This document shows positions 37,015 to 49,281 of a DNA stretch of 64,000 bases, in pieces. The notes below the pieces were generated by a model. It worked only from the letters and a program-made list of their open reading frames with translations. It did no database searches and was not told the DNA's origin. Both the position numbers and the translations under genes were made by a program. The stretch's first letter is position 1, and the number at the start of each line of letters is the position of its first letter. Source of the DNA: Octopus bimaculoides (lineage: Eukaryota). The stretch is taken from contig NC_068981.1 in the NCBI RefSeq assembly GCF_001194135.2, forward strand, positions 79,274,240 through 79,338,239, written 5' to 3'.

Positions 37015-37352
37015 GATACATGGCTCAGTGGTTAGAGTGTCAGGCTCACAATCATGAGGTGGTGAGTTTGATTCCTGGACCGGGCTGTGTGTTGTGTTTT
37101 TGAGCAAGGCATTTTATTTCACGTTGCTCCAGTTCATTCAAGTGTAAAAATGGGTTGCAATGTCACTGGTGCCAAGCTGTATTGGTCTTTGCCTTTCCCT
37201 TGGATAACATCAGTGGCATGGAGAGAGGAGGCTGGTATGCATGGGCAACTGGTCTTCCATAAACAACCTTGCCTGGACTTGTGCCTCAGAGGGTAACTTT
37301 CTAGGTGCAATCCCAAGGTTATTCATGACCGAAGGGGGTCTTTACCCCTTTA
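37015..37352 (+). mobile_element. tRNA-derived SINE (family E head, different tail)
   Basis: A-box tggctcagtggttaga and B-box gagtttgattcc. Confidence 0.8.
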
Positions 37353-37649
37353 CCCTATTTAAGCAGTGTCTTAGTGGATAGTTAATGGGTTGGATGTGGT
37401 GCTGGAGAAGAAGCAATAACTCCTGACATATGCTTATAGACCCATTACCTATTTTCTGTCTTTGATTGCATTGCTTACATAGACATATTTGTATACGAAA
37501 TGTCGTAACTTTCAGTACTGGCTATAAATTCTATAGAAAATCCATAGAGATACATTTAAAAATGAAAACAACGCACTGCTAACACTAAAGTAGGATACAG
37601 TTGTTGACTTATAAACCTTTAATATATTTGTTAGTATATTCTTTTCTAC

Positions 37650-37805
37650 TCTAGGTACAAGGCCTGAAATTTTTGGGAAGGCGGGGCCAGTCAATTAGAT
37701 CAACCCCAATATGCAACTGGTACTTAATTTATCGACCCCCGAAAGAATGAAAGGCAAAGTCAACCTCAGCAGAATTTGAACTTAGAACATAAAGACAGAC
37801 GAAAT
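37650..37805 (-). mobile_element. SINE family B, antisense in intron 5
   Basis: Reverse-complement family match. Confidence 0.85.
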
Positions 37806-37869
37806 ACATATTTGGGGTAGCGTTTTATGGTTGCAAAAACAAAATACGGTGTCCCTACCAGCAATTAAT

Positions 37870-37900
<31 letters not shown>

Positions 37901-38260
37901 NNNNNNNNNNNNNNNNNNNNNNNNNNNNNNNNNNNNNNNNNNNNNNNNNNNNNNNNNNNNNNNNNNNNNNNNNNNNNNNNNNNNNNNNNNNNNNNNNNNN
38001 NNNNNNNNNNNNNNNNNNNNNNNNNNNNNNNNNNNNNNNNNNNNNNNNNNNNNNNNNNNNNNNNNNNNNNNNNNNNNNNNNNNNNNNNNNNNNNNNNNNN
38101 NNNNNNNNNNNNNNNNNNNNNNNNNNNNNNNNNNNNNNNNNNNNNNNNNNNNNNNNNNNNNNNNNNNNNNNNNNNNNNNNNNNNNNNNNNNNNNNNNNNN
38201 NNNNNNNNNNNNNNNNNNNNNNNNNNNNNNNNNNNNNNNNNNNNNNNNNNNNNNNNNNNC
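37901..38260. other. Assembly gap
   Basis: Run of N. Confidence 1.
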
Positions 38261-38647
38261 CCCATTACAAGCCCCAGTTTTCTATTGTAAACATTTGACA
38301 ACTAATTCCCCTAATCCTTCAACATTCAGAATACTTTGTCAAATGTAATATTTATTTATTCACATTGTTTTGAATTAATCATGTATTAGCTTCAAGATTT
38401 CAATAGTGTGATTGTATATTTTTAGAATGACATTGTAGAATAGGTATGAAAAGCCAGATCTGGCCAATTTGAACATAGAACAGGTAGAATGTTTTGGTTG
38501 GATTTGGCCTGTTTAAATGCTAAAGGGTTAAGGAATGCATGAATGTTACCATATTATCTTCTTTTATAAATCTCAAACATTGAACCAAGAGAAAGCTAAT
38601 CTGTCAATATTTCTTAATTTAATGTTCTTTTCTTCATTATTTTTTAG

Positions 38648-38709
38648 AAGAAAATCAAAATGAAGAACAACCAATGGAATCTGGTCAGTTTGATGATGCA
38701 GATATTTGA
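38648..38709 (+). CDS. CLNS1A: pICln terminal coding exon 6 with PRMT5-binding motif
   Basis: tttttttag|AA GAA..; EENQNEEQPMESGQFDDADI*; total CDS 648 nt, 215 aa, all phases consistent. Confidence 0.95.
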
Positions 38710-38865
38710 AAATTTATTCATTTGGTCAACTCATGAACACATTTCTCTAAATTCCCATTAACATTGCTACAATTCATTAAAGAAAACACTATCAATGGAC
38801 TTACATCTGCCAAAATTTTTTTAATATTTTTTTTAACCATGACCATCCTTTTCAAAGATTCATTA

Positions 38866-38875
38866 AATAAATAAA
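38866..38875 (+). terminator. Overlapping AATAAA polyadenylation signals for CLNS1A
   Basis: aataaataaa about 160 nt after the stop codon. Confidence 0.6.
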
Positions 38876-40619
38876 TTTATTAAAACAAATATGGGAAATA
38901 TTTTTATTGTAATGCAAAACTGTGAGGCTGTTTACAATAGTCATAAAAATTTATTGGTATAGAAGTTACAGTGAACTCACTGACCAAACATATTATATAA
39001 CTGTCCTTTCTTTCTGTGTTGGCAAAAATTGGTAGGTCAATAATACATAAAATTATTGCTTATATCAAGCCTGTATCACTGACTTGGACAAGCTGTAATG
39101 AGAAGCTGGCCTTATGAAACATGGCTGGCTGCACTAGTCAAAAACACTGAAGGTAATTTTTTTTCATTTGGCATGCCATTCAGAACTCCCTGCAGATCAC
39201 TGGTTGCTTATGACAGCTGTATTATCTCATGACATATGACTTCTCTACTTCTTTCCATTTATTTCTCAGTCTCACTCAATCACAAGTGCCTCCCTAATGT
39301 TATATGATGTTCCTGACAATGATAGATGTCTCACTTCATTTCATAGAAACTCAACACAAATGTCTGGAAATAGCATGATAATAATTGTGATCTCAGGGCA
39401 TGCATATTAGATCATGCTCGGAATATTGTAGATTACTTTGTTTCTGTAACCAGCAAAAACCCTTTGATTTCATTGTTAACATTTGGAAGATGAAACTACT
39501 CCATTAATTAGACGCAGCTGAAATACTAATCAATCTATAATTCTCAATAATCAATTAAAGTTCCTTGTTTACTACTTTACTATTATAAGCAACATTACAT
39601 TACTTTATAACAAGCTATTTTGTGAATGGTTAAAGCCATCTTAGCATTTGTAGGCTATATCATTACACAGCCATGATCTGATCTAAAAGACTATAATGCT
39701 TACAGTGAGCATATATGGAATATAAATTTGGATAGAATACAAGAGACAAATCAAAATTTTTGACTACTCGTGCATGTTGCTTTTGGTAGCTCAGAAAGAA
39801 AGTAAGACATTAACATCCAGTATAAACTTTCAGCTCAAGTTCAAATAAGTCAGCCATGTTTTTTATTTTTAGTCTGGAGGAAAGCACACTGACCATAAAT
39901 CTTGCAGGACTCCTGAGACCATTGAGCCTGATGCCATTAAAGCTCTGTTTAAACAGATGCCAGTCAACACCTGCTGGAGGGTTGTTAGCTGGGAGAAGAT
40001 TCTAGAGATCTGAAATTCTGGAGAAAGGACTGAGCATGGTTGTTGGGGTGGAAAAATGAGTGAATCAGGAAGTGCTTGAGTGGAGGAAGTATGAGACCAA
40101 CCAGCTCCAAAGAACACTAGACATTAAAGTAGCAATAGAAAAAAAGGGAGAGGAGACAGCATGCTTATGGGCCAGAGACTGGAGAATATCTGTTAGAGAT
40201 TTAATGCCAGGTATCTCATTCCTGATATACCGAGATACATTATGCGCAACAGATATCCCACCTATTCTGTTTCAATGGAAACTGAAAAAAAGAACATGAA
40301 GATGAATGCTAACTCCAGATTCCTCTTTAACCAGGAGGAAAATGCTTGCCTTGGCTCAAAGAGTTGTGATATATAGCAGTGGATGTAGAGCATCATGTTG
40401 TGTAAAAAGATACTAATTTAATAGAATAATACGTAGATGATGTGCATGCAGCTTGAGTTTAGATTCTCTGTCAATGTCCCAAAATACAGCAGTTGTAAGG
40501 TTACAACACTGAGTTATACGATCAAGGATTCAACATTTACTCAAGTTATTTATTGTATGTTCTAAAAGACATATTACTATGCTTTGTTGAGAGACATTAT
40601 TTTACTTCACATTTAACAG

Positions 40620-40669
40620 AAGAAATGGAAACTGAAGACACTTTCTTTAGTCTTACAGAAATGTCTTAA
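40620..40669 (+). CDS. CLNS1A: Candidate alternative last exon of CLNS1A
   Basis: Acceptor attattttacttcacatttaacag|; in phase 1 it reads EEMETEDTFFSLTEMS*. Confidence 0.35.
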
Positions 40670-42349
40670 AATGTACTGTTGTTAATATTTTGTTCATGCT
40701 GAAATGAGTGAGATAATTTTGTCATTGTAAATTTATATGTTAAAACAACATTCTTATCTGAATGACCCTTTTAATCTTTCATCCATAAAAAAGAGTGGTG
40801 TTCAACCTCACAGATGAATGAACCAGAGTTGTATAATGTTTTGAACTTAACACTAAATTATAAATAGTTTGTAACCATTATGCTTTAGATTCATATTTAA
40901 ACATGTTTATTTCTTTTTAAACTTGCTTATTACACCACAGATGTAAATGACATAGTCATTGCATAATGTTATAATGACTCAGTTTATAGATAGTGTGATG
41001 TTCATCTATTTTTAAGACAGTCAGTAATGTTTTTAAAATGTCCTTACAGAGCAATATTACTAATCTAGTGGTGATAAAATTCGTAAAAGTCAAAAGTAAA
41101 TTCCAAATGAATTGTCAGCTGAAAGATTCTTTAGTTTTGTCAAAGACCTGGCAAAACCTCTCAGGTGGTGGTTCTATGATAAAATGCTTCTAGTACACTC
41201 TGTAAAGTGGTTGGTTGAAAGGAAAAGCATGTAGCCTTTGAAACTAAACAAAAAATTGAACATGAGTGAGATGTGGTTCTTGGATCCATTTAGGAGGGTA
41301 GTAGTAACTCCAAATAACAACTGGCTTGGACTGTGACAATGTAAGCCTGCAGGAAGAGCAGACAAAGTCATTCCACTTTACTTACAGTGCTGACGTCCCT
41401 GCATAAAGTATAAACACCTCAACATCTTATCTTCCTTATCTTAAAAGATCTGTAACACACTGACAAAGCTGAGAAATTCCCTCACTTTATGCAGTGTCGT
41501 GGGTGTAGGAGAATCTTGTATATATATCATTAGACAGCGTTCCGCCAGTAGACAGATTCTATCTTTGTTCACCATTTAGTCAAAGAAGGACAAAAATGAT
41601 GCACTAAAAAGGCACTTACTGAGATATATGACTATGCCTTGCATCATTAATCGCTTGAGGAATAAACAGGCATTTTTTGTATATCCTTTGCTGTAGAGAC
41701 AAATAGATTATTGAGGTATGCATAGATAAAAAGTAACTTTGGATGACATAATCAACCAGTCTTTGAAATGTCTGTGCAGAAAGCAGAGAGCATCCACAAA
41801 AATTCATAGAGGCCAAAAGGCTTTTTGATTACTTTCTTGTGGATATCATCTGATTCCACTAAGATCTGGTTGTGTGCCTTGATAGCCTTATCTTTAAAAA
41901 AAATGCACCATTTGTGGAGGAAGAAAAATCCTGCAAATGGAATATCATAATAATATGGAGGGTGCTAGCGTTCAGTGTACAATGATCGTTACTAGGATGC
42001 TAGTCACCTGGCAGATTTTTAACCAAATATAATAGTAATGGTAATAAATCCCTCTTGGAAGGTTTTATTCCTAGTTTAAGCATATGATCAAATTCTGACT
42101 TGGCAGTCTTCATCCAATCTGGAACAAGATGATATGGTTTAGCTGACACTGGTAATCCTGGTATTTTGCCATGTTAAATACTTTGCTGTTGTTATATGCT
42201 GGACTTGCAATATCTGAGTGATTGTGAAGAAGTGTGTTATACCTTGTTGAAGATGTCCTCATTAACATCAGACTAGCAGAAGCGTTATGTAAGGTAACCC
42301 CTTTTACAGTAAAATTGGTAGCTGAGTAAATAATAATACTTAATATCCA

Positions 42350-43072
42350 TTAACAGACTGAGGTGACAAAGAAATCAACTCTAGTGACGAATTTAAGCAA
42401 CCATGTGATGAGAATCCATCTGAAGACCCACCAGAGTCCAAGATGGGGTTTTTGCCGTTAGTAGTTATGGAGATATGGTTGACAGCCTGAGATAGACAAG
42501 CTTTTAAGTGTTCACTAAGACGAACACTTCTGATTTGGTGTGCTGGTCTTATCATTCACATAAAATAGGCATTATCTGAAACAACTTTGGATAGAGTTGT
42601 TCCCACTAATTTCGGGAATGCTTCCCTTATTTGGACAAGGATATGTCTGTAGCATATGTACAAGGGCTGACGCAGTGATCAGTAGGATTACTAAATTCCC
42701 AATGATACCAGTGCTATCATTTCTTTTAACTATGGGAATTGGGTGAGTGTAGCTGCATTCTTAGCTACAAACACATCCTTCTACAGCCATGGAAAGAACT
42801 ACTTCCTCTGTTGCTTCTGATGCTGTTCTGTTGTGAGAGCCTGCCCTGAAGTCTCAAGGTTTCTACTTGGTTGTCTAAGTATCATCTAAGTATGTAGTGA
42901 ATGAGATGGTACTAGTATATTTGGTTAAACATGGCTATAAACGATATGGTGAAGTGGTTTCTATGATCCTATCTGCCAATTCAGTCAATGAGCTGATAGT
43001 AGACAGCATCCGAAGTTGTACATTCGTTGGGATTCATGGAAGGAATATTTCTTTCAATATGGTATCTTCTAA
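42350..43072 (-). mobile_element. Degenerate Penelope-like element (RT plus GIY-YIG remnants)
   Basis: VYYQLID.., YLDD at 42881-42892, SYTHP..GIIGNL, and RLSEHLK at 42502-42522, in PLE order; heavily disrupted. Confidence 0.6.
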
Positions 43073-43074
43073 GT

Positions 43075-43373
43075 CAGTGGTTCTTAACCTGGCAGTGGGT
43101 GGGGGTGCGTCAGTAATTTCCAACGGGGGTGTGAGCCCATGAGAAAAAGCAGGAATTTTTCTAATTATATGAGAAGTTTATGAAAAAATGCAAAAGTATC
43201 GCCTTTTACTTTTCTTATTCTACTACCTTAGCGCTGCTTACCATTTTCTGTACTTATTGACCCCCCGCTTCATACCCCTGAAAACCCTCACTAATTCTGA
43301 ATTGTAGCTTTAACATTTGCCTTTATTTTGTAATTTTTTTTTTTTGTTACAAGACTCAGGTTAAGAATCACTG
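43075..43373. mobile_element. hAT-type MITE
   Basis: cagtggttcttaacctg and caggttaagaatcactg TIRs; no matching TSD. Confidence 0.7.
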
Positions 43374-43910
43374 GTATAAAGCTTAGATATTATTATCATG
43401 TAAAGACAAGCATCTTTTTCAATTAATAGATTATAAACAAGTTTAATCCACAGTTTTCATATATATAAAATAATGTGATTCTTAAAAATCAAGAGACATG
43501 CTGAAATATTATCAAATCATTATAGTAACATACCAAGAAATATTAACTGAATTTAAAAAATTGAAAATTATTTAAAAATTTTAGCAAGATGAAAAGTATG
43601 ATATATTTAAAAATAGGAAATAAACCAAAGAGTATGTAATAGGTTGAGTTTAATAAAGTCTCAAAAATATTAAAACACATTGGAAAAATGCAAAATTTTT
43701 AACAAAATCAAAATTTTTAATATTAAATGTTTATGTTAAAAATATAGTAAATTTTTTGTAAGAAAAAAGTAATATAAAGCCAAATGTTAAACTAAAATTC
43801 AGATTTAAATATTACAGAAAGTACTAGGTAAAACTAAAATCTATGCAAAATCTTTTCTTTTTTTAAAGAAACTTTTTTATATTTTTGTGCAAATAAACAC
43901 AATATTTCAT

Positions 43911-44302
43911 TACTCTTTTACTTGTTTCAGTCATTTGACTGCGGCCATGCTGGAGCACCGCCTTTAGTCGAGCAAATCGACCCCAGGACATACTCTTTGT
44001 AAGCCTAGTACTTATTCTATCGGTCTCTTTTGCTGAACCACTAAGTTACGAGGACGTAAACACACCAGCATCAGTTGTCAAGCGATGTTAGGGGGACAAA
44101 CACAAACACACATATATATATATACATATACATATATACGACGGGCTTCTTTCAGTTTCCATCTACCAAATCCACTCACAAGGCTTTGGTCAGCCTGAGG
44201 CTATTGTAGAAGACACTTGCCCAAGGTGCCACGCAGTAGGACTGAACCCAGAACCATGTGGTTGGTAAGCAAGCTACTTACCACACAGCCACTCCTGCGC
44301 CT
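43911..44302 (-). mobile_element. SINE family A
   Basis: Full-length reverse-complement match. Confidence 0.9.
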
Positions 44303-44505
44303 ATTGTACAAATTTTTCATATAATTTTTCTTTTAATTTAACTTTTATTCCAAATATTATTGTTTTAATCTTTTTCAGAACATTTTACTCTAAGCGTTCT
44401 AGCTTGGGCCTTGACATTACCTCACACATGCCTTATCTTTTGTTCACATATTTGTGTTGTCCACTGCACATATTTGTGTTGTCCACTGCACATCAAATAA
44501 TTTGC

Positions 44506-44750
44506 AATGAGTGCAAAGAAATGAAAGTATCTTGACGAATATATTTGATTTGGATTTGTGACCCTTCAAAAGGATGACACAGAAGTCCTCTAGTGTGTGA
44601 TATGTTACAAAACTTTGAGCAATGATGGAATGCGACCCTCACGCTTGGAACACCACTTGAGGACAACACATCCTGCTCTTGCTGACAAGCCCAAGGCATT
44701 CTTTGAAACAAAAAAACACTGCTTGAAGCAAGCTAAGTTGGACAGTAGTT
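44506..44750 (+). pseudogene. N-terminal BED-finger fragment of a Buster-type hAT transposase
   Basis: MSAKK*KYLDEYI*FGF..CVICYKTLSNDGMRPSRLEHHLRTTHPALADKPKAFF. Confidence 0.85.
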
Positions 44751-44751
44751 G

Positions 44752-44756
44752 TTATC

Positions 44757-44787
<31 letters not shown>

Positions 44788-45090
44788 TCTCACTGCCTGG
44801 AATCAAACTCAGAATCTTGGGGTTAGTAGCTCACGCTCTTAACCACTACTGGCATATGGCGTAGTGGTTTAGAGGGCGGGCTACTAACCCCAAGATCCCG
44901 AGTTTGATTCCAGGCAGTGACCTGAATAATAATAATAATAATAATAATAACATCAAAAAATACTTTCAGAATGAGAACCCAAGTTCCAAATTTCCCCAAA
45001 ACACCTGATAAAGGTTGGAGGGTATATCAACCGAAACGTGTTAACAACAAACAAGATGAGGATGAATATCCGTCAAATGTAAATAATGTA
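44752..45090 (+). mobile_element. tRNA-headed non-autonomous element with a hammerhead-like 3' part and an inverted 5' duplication
   Basis: Palindrome centred on catatg 44853-44858; A-box TGGCGTAGTGG 44857, B-box GTTTGATTC 44902; hammerhead skeleton 45000-45042. Confidence 0.7.
45000..45042 (+). ncRNA. Degenerate type I minimal hammerhead ribozyme
   Basis: Stem I AACAC/GTGTT, core CTGATAA (G to A change), stem II GGTTG/CAACC, GAAAC; stem III and NUH cleavage triplet missing. Confidence 0.55.
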
Positions 45091-46099
45091 AAATAAATTG
45101 TGCTCTTCAATAGTTTTGTCAATGATATTGCATTGTTGAAATAAGCGCCTGTAATTATACAAGCCATTGTAACAAGATGGGAAATTAAACAGTTATTATA
45201 TTCACTTTGGAAAGTATGTTCTTGTGCGTGTAAACACGTCAGTTGTTCGTCCAGATGACAAAATGTTGCTGAATTAATGTTGATCAGAAAACAGCATTCA
45301 TACAGTTATGGGGTTTCTACCTCACTTCACAACCACTACACAACTCATTGGATATTTTAGATTTGCAACTAAGTACCAAATCTAACTACCTTGATGTTTA
45401 TTAAGAAATTACCTCATGTCTCGCTACACCATCATATTTTTTCACATTAAAGGTTACCCTTGTAAACTAGAATAAGCATCAATCGCTTTGCAATATACTG
45501 TATCTTTTGTCGTCATTGTAAAAATCTGGAAGTATCTTGCTTTGAAATCCAGTTTGCTGAGATTTTTGTGAGAAATAGAACACACAAGATTTTCAATGTT
45601 AGGAAGTGGGCATGTTAAAAAAAATGATTTATTGTTTGTAAATAGTTGATAAGAAGGCGTCGTCTGAAGCAGTTTATGACAACTACTATTCACGGGCTTG
45701 CCAAACCACTTAGTCTCTTTTTAATATGCATTTTATCAAGAGGAGAAAAGCAAAGAAATTTCGTCTACTGGTACAGTGGATAAAAGCAAGAAACATTACA
45801 AGTTCTGTCAATTATTGTTCATCTATCGTTTTGATAATTCAGCTTGGATTGTCATTGGTTGCATGGGCTCCGTTATATATCAATTCTCCTGTGAAAACAG
45901 CAGGATCTGCAAACTCGCCTCAATGCAAACTCTCATCCCTCTATAATTTGTCGCACCAATTTATGGGGAAAAAAAAAGAGGCTCCAGGACACATATTGGC
46001 TATAAATGTGTTGATGGTGCTTCTCAGATTTTATAATAATAATCAAATCATCATCATCATCATTATTATCAAGGCGGTGAGCTGGCAGAATCGTTAACA

Positions 46100-46405
46100 C
46101 GCTTTACTAAGTAGGAGGAAAGAAACTGGAAGACGACACTTCCCATGCCTTGGGGGTAGCAGAGTAATCTGGGACTTTTGCATGGAGTTTACCCCGAGTT
46201 ACCCAAAGTGGACTGCCCCACTATTGGAGATTCTGTTCATTATTTATTTCTCTAACTTCTATTTACATATCTTATGTTATATCCTTTAATGTTGTAGTGT
46301 CTCCTTTGATCAATGTAAACCCCACTTGTTTTTGTATGTTGTATCCTGTCCTTTGATATTGTCTTCCATGTCTTGGGTCCTTGCAGTCAATAAAAGAAAT
46401 CATCG
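46100..46405 (+). mobile_element. Probable LINE 3' end
   Basis: T-rich UTR-like stretch ending caataaaagaaat; inserted after a SINE B start. Confidence 0.4.
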
Positions 46406-46524
46406 TCATTATTATCAATGATATTAATATGCTAACTTTTTGTTTTTGTACATACCTGTTGTGTGCGTCACACTTACTTCAAAGAAGTGACAAAGCGAGA
46501 GAGAGGAGGACAGGAAAGAAGTAA

Positions 46525-46745
46525 GAGAGAGAGTGAAAGAGACAGTGAGTGGTAACGGCATTCGTTTTGTCTTTTTAAATGTTTCAGAGAGAAAGTAAGA
46601 GAGAAAGAGTGAAAGAGACGGTGAGTAGTGACGGCGTTCGTTTTGTGTTTTTAAATGTTTCAGAGAGGAAGTAAGAGAGAGAGAGAAAAAAGTGAGAGTG
46701 AAAGAGACAGTGAGTGGTGACGGTGTTCGTTTTGTGTTTTTAAAT
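46525..46745. repeat. Three tandem 70-80-bp repeats
   Basis: gagtgaaagagac(a/g)gtgagt(g/a)gt(a/g)acgg..ttcgttttgt.tttttaaatgttt occurs three times. Confidence 0.85.
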
Positions 46746-47369
46746 GTTTATCACTTTGCAAGAGAAGTAGATACATAGATACATATACACATTGTTAAAT
46801 CAAAAGCAGGCGAGAATAAGGACACAAAGGAAGTGAAAGAGAAAGTGAGAGACAGTAGATACATAAACCCAAAGAAAAGTTCATACAGATACATACACAC
46901 AGCAAATATTGGATGTCAATTTCACTTTTTATTACCACACGAGGATAAAATTAACTCATAAATAGCTGAGTATTCCACAGACATGCATAACATTAACGTA
47001 GTTCTCAGGGAGGTCCAGCCTCACACAGAATATGACAAGGCTGGCCCCTTTGAATTACAGCTACAACTCGAGACATGTATATATGAATGTATTTGTGTGT
47101 GTGTATAGTTTAGGTTAGTTAAAACATGTTTGCAATAATAAGTGTCACGTGGTGGAAGTAAACACAATTACCAAACTTGCATTCATAAATCCATTTATTA
47201 TTTCGTTCATTTGCATTTCAATTTGTACATTAAGGCTCTTTGAATATGTACAATGTATTTTAAGGTTGAATAGTAATTCCGCTTACGTTTGTGTAACAGA
47301 TATTTTGGTTGGCTGATATAGTCATTAGTGTTACATTACTTACTGTATTCTGTAACTGTCACAATATAT

Positions 47370-47515
47370 TTTTCTAGGCCTGAATTTTTTGTGGGGAGGG
47401 GGCCAGTTGATTAGATCGACCCCAGTACACAACTGGTACTTAATTTATCGACTCCGAAAGGACAAAAGGCAAAGTTGACCTTGGCAGAATTTGAAATCAG
47501 AACGTAAAGACAGAC
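47370..47515 (-). mobile_element. SINE family B
   Basis: Reverse-complement family match. Confidence 0.85.
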
Positions 47516-47610
47516 AGTCATAATATACAAACATTTTTCATAGCACCAGTACACTCTTTACAGACGCTTACACATTTTTGTTTTCCATGAATTTTTCTCC
47601 AGTCCAGGTA

Positions 47611-47643
<33 letters not shown>

Positions 47644-48446
47644 TATTAGGACACACAACGAAAGGCAAGCTTGATCCAAAAATGACAGGTTGAGCTGTCT
47701 GTTTTATCAATAGAATATTAAATGGTTGAGAAACTTGATCTCAAACAATTTGTTCGCACGTTTAGTTTACAAATATACTAAAACTAGTTAAGTAAAATTT
47801 TAATAGAATCACTAACGTAACTGGGGGAGGGGAGGCACTTTTCATCCTGCTGTAGGCAATATGTTTTTTATGGTGTCTGGGGGCAGCAATACGGAAGGGC
47901 CGCCCCAAGCGGCACACACTCTAGCTACGCTAGTGGATAAAACTGAACTTTATAGGCCAGGATATAAATATGACAATTTTTATAGTTTTATTTTTAAAGT
48001 AATCAATTCAAATATAAAGTATAGTCCTCTAGCTAGCTTCTTTAATCTATTATTACAACACTGCAAAAAAATCAATGTGGGCCCAATATGATTGAATGGC
48101 TCAGGAGCTTGCTTCATAGTTATGAAGTCCAAATTTCAATTCATCATCATGGTAGCTTAGGCAAGTATCATCTTTTTCACTAGCTTCAGTAATAGCCATA
48201 CTTTGGGAGTGAAATTGGGTAGATCGCAATCGGATGGATTGTACCTTTAATTCAATCGTTCAGCTTTGTCAAATTGCGTCATGCTGATTCCGCCTGAGAA
48301 TTACATTAAGGGGACACATGTCTTCGGGATAGTTAGCCACATACACACCAGTTCAATAAGCCAAATAGTTTAGTCGACCAAACAACTAAACGCTCAAGGT
48401 GGAAAATATTCTGACCTAGATCCATTTATTATTTAAATAGGTAGTA

Positions 48447-48720
48447 AGGTGGGGAGCTGGCAGAATCGTTAAGCATGCTGGGGGAAATGCTTAGTGGCGT
48501 TTCATCCGTTTTCATGCTCTGAGTTTAAATTCCGTCGAGGTCGACTTTGCCTTTCATCCTTTCGGAGTCAATAAATTAAGTACCAGTCAAGTACTGGGGT
48601 CAATGTGATCGACCATTTCCATGCCCTCAAATTCCAGGCCTTGTGCCTATAGTAGAAAAGATTATTAAAAAAGGCAGTGGATTGACAAAATCGTTAGAGC
48701 GTAATTTACGTTCTAAGTTC
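48447..48720 (+). mobile_element. SINE family B, one full copy plus a tandem partial
   Basis: Family match. Confidence 0.85.
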
Positions 48721-49057
48721 AATCCTATCAAAGACAATTGCGTCTTCAAAATCAGTAACTCGGTTTTGGAATGCATAAGGAATATATATATGTATATATA
48801 TATATATGTAGGACAGACTTCTTTCGAACTGAAAGTATTATCTCATATTACAATAGAGAGGTAATACTGAAATATTGTAAGAGATAAGAGATTGCTCTGG
48901 GCTCGCATTAGGCAAGAAGTTGGAAATTTATTTGGCCCATGACAATGCTTTTGTATTTAACGACTGTTGCTTTAAGTATTTTATTTCGATTTTCACTGGC
49001 GTAGTGGTAAGAACAAGGGGATATGTAACAGTAGTTTCGAATAAAAATAAAAATGGA

Positions 49058-49222
49058 AGGCGCAGGAGTGGCTGTGTGGAAAGTAGCTTGCTTACCAACC
49101 ACATAGTTCCGGGTTCATTCCCACTGTGTGGCACCTTGGGCAAGTGTCTTCTACTATAGCCTCGGGCCGACCAAAGCCTTGTGAGTGGATTTGGTAGACG
49201 GAAACTGAAGAAGCCTGTCGTA

Positions 49223-49281
<59 letters not shown>

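Noticed and set aside
39870-40300. Exon-like, GC-richer stretch after CLNS1A
   Set aside because: Stops in all useful frames and no recognisable protein; more likely an old retroelement fragment.
44857-44920. Functional tRNA gene
   Set aside because: No acceptor stem or poly-T terminator; it is the head of a repeat. The same applies to heads at 19560-19620 and 37015-37085.
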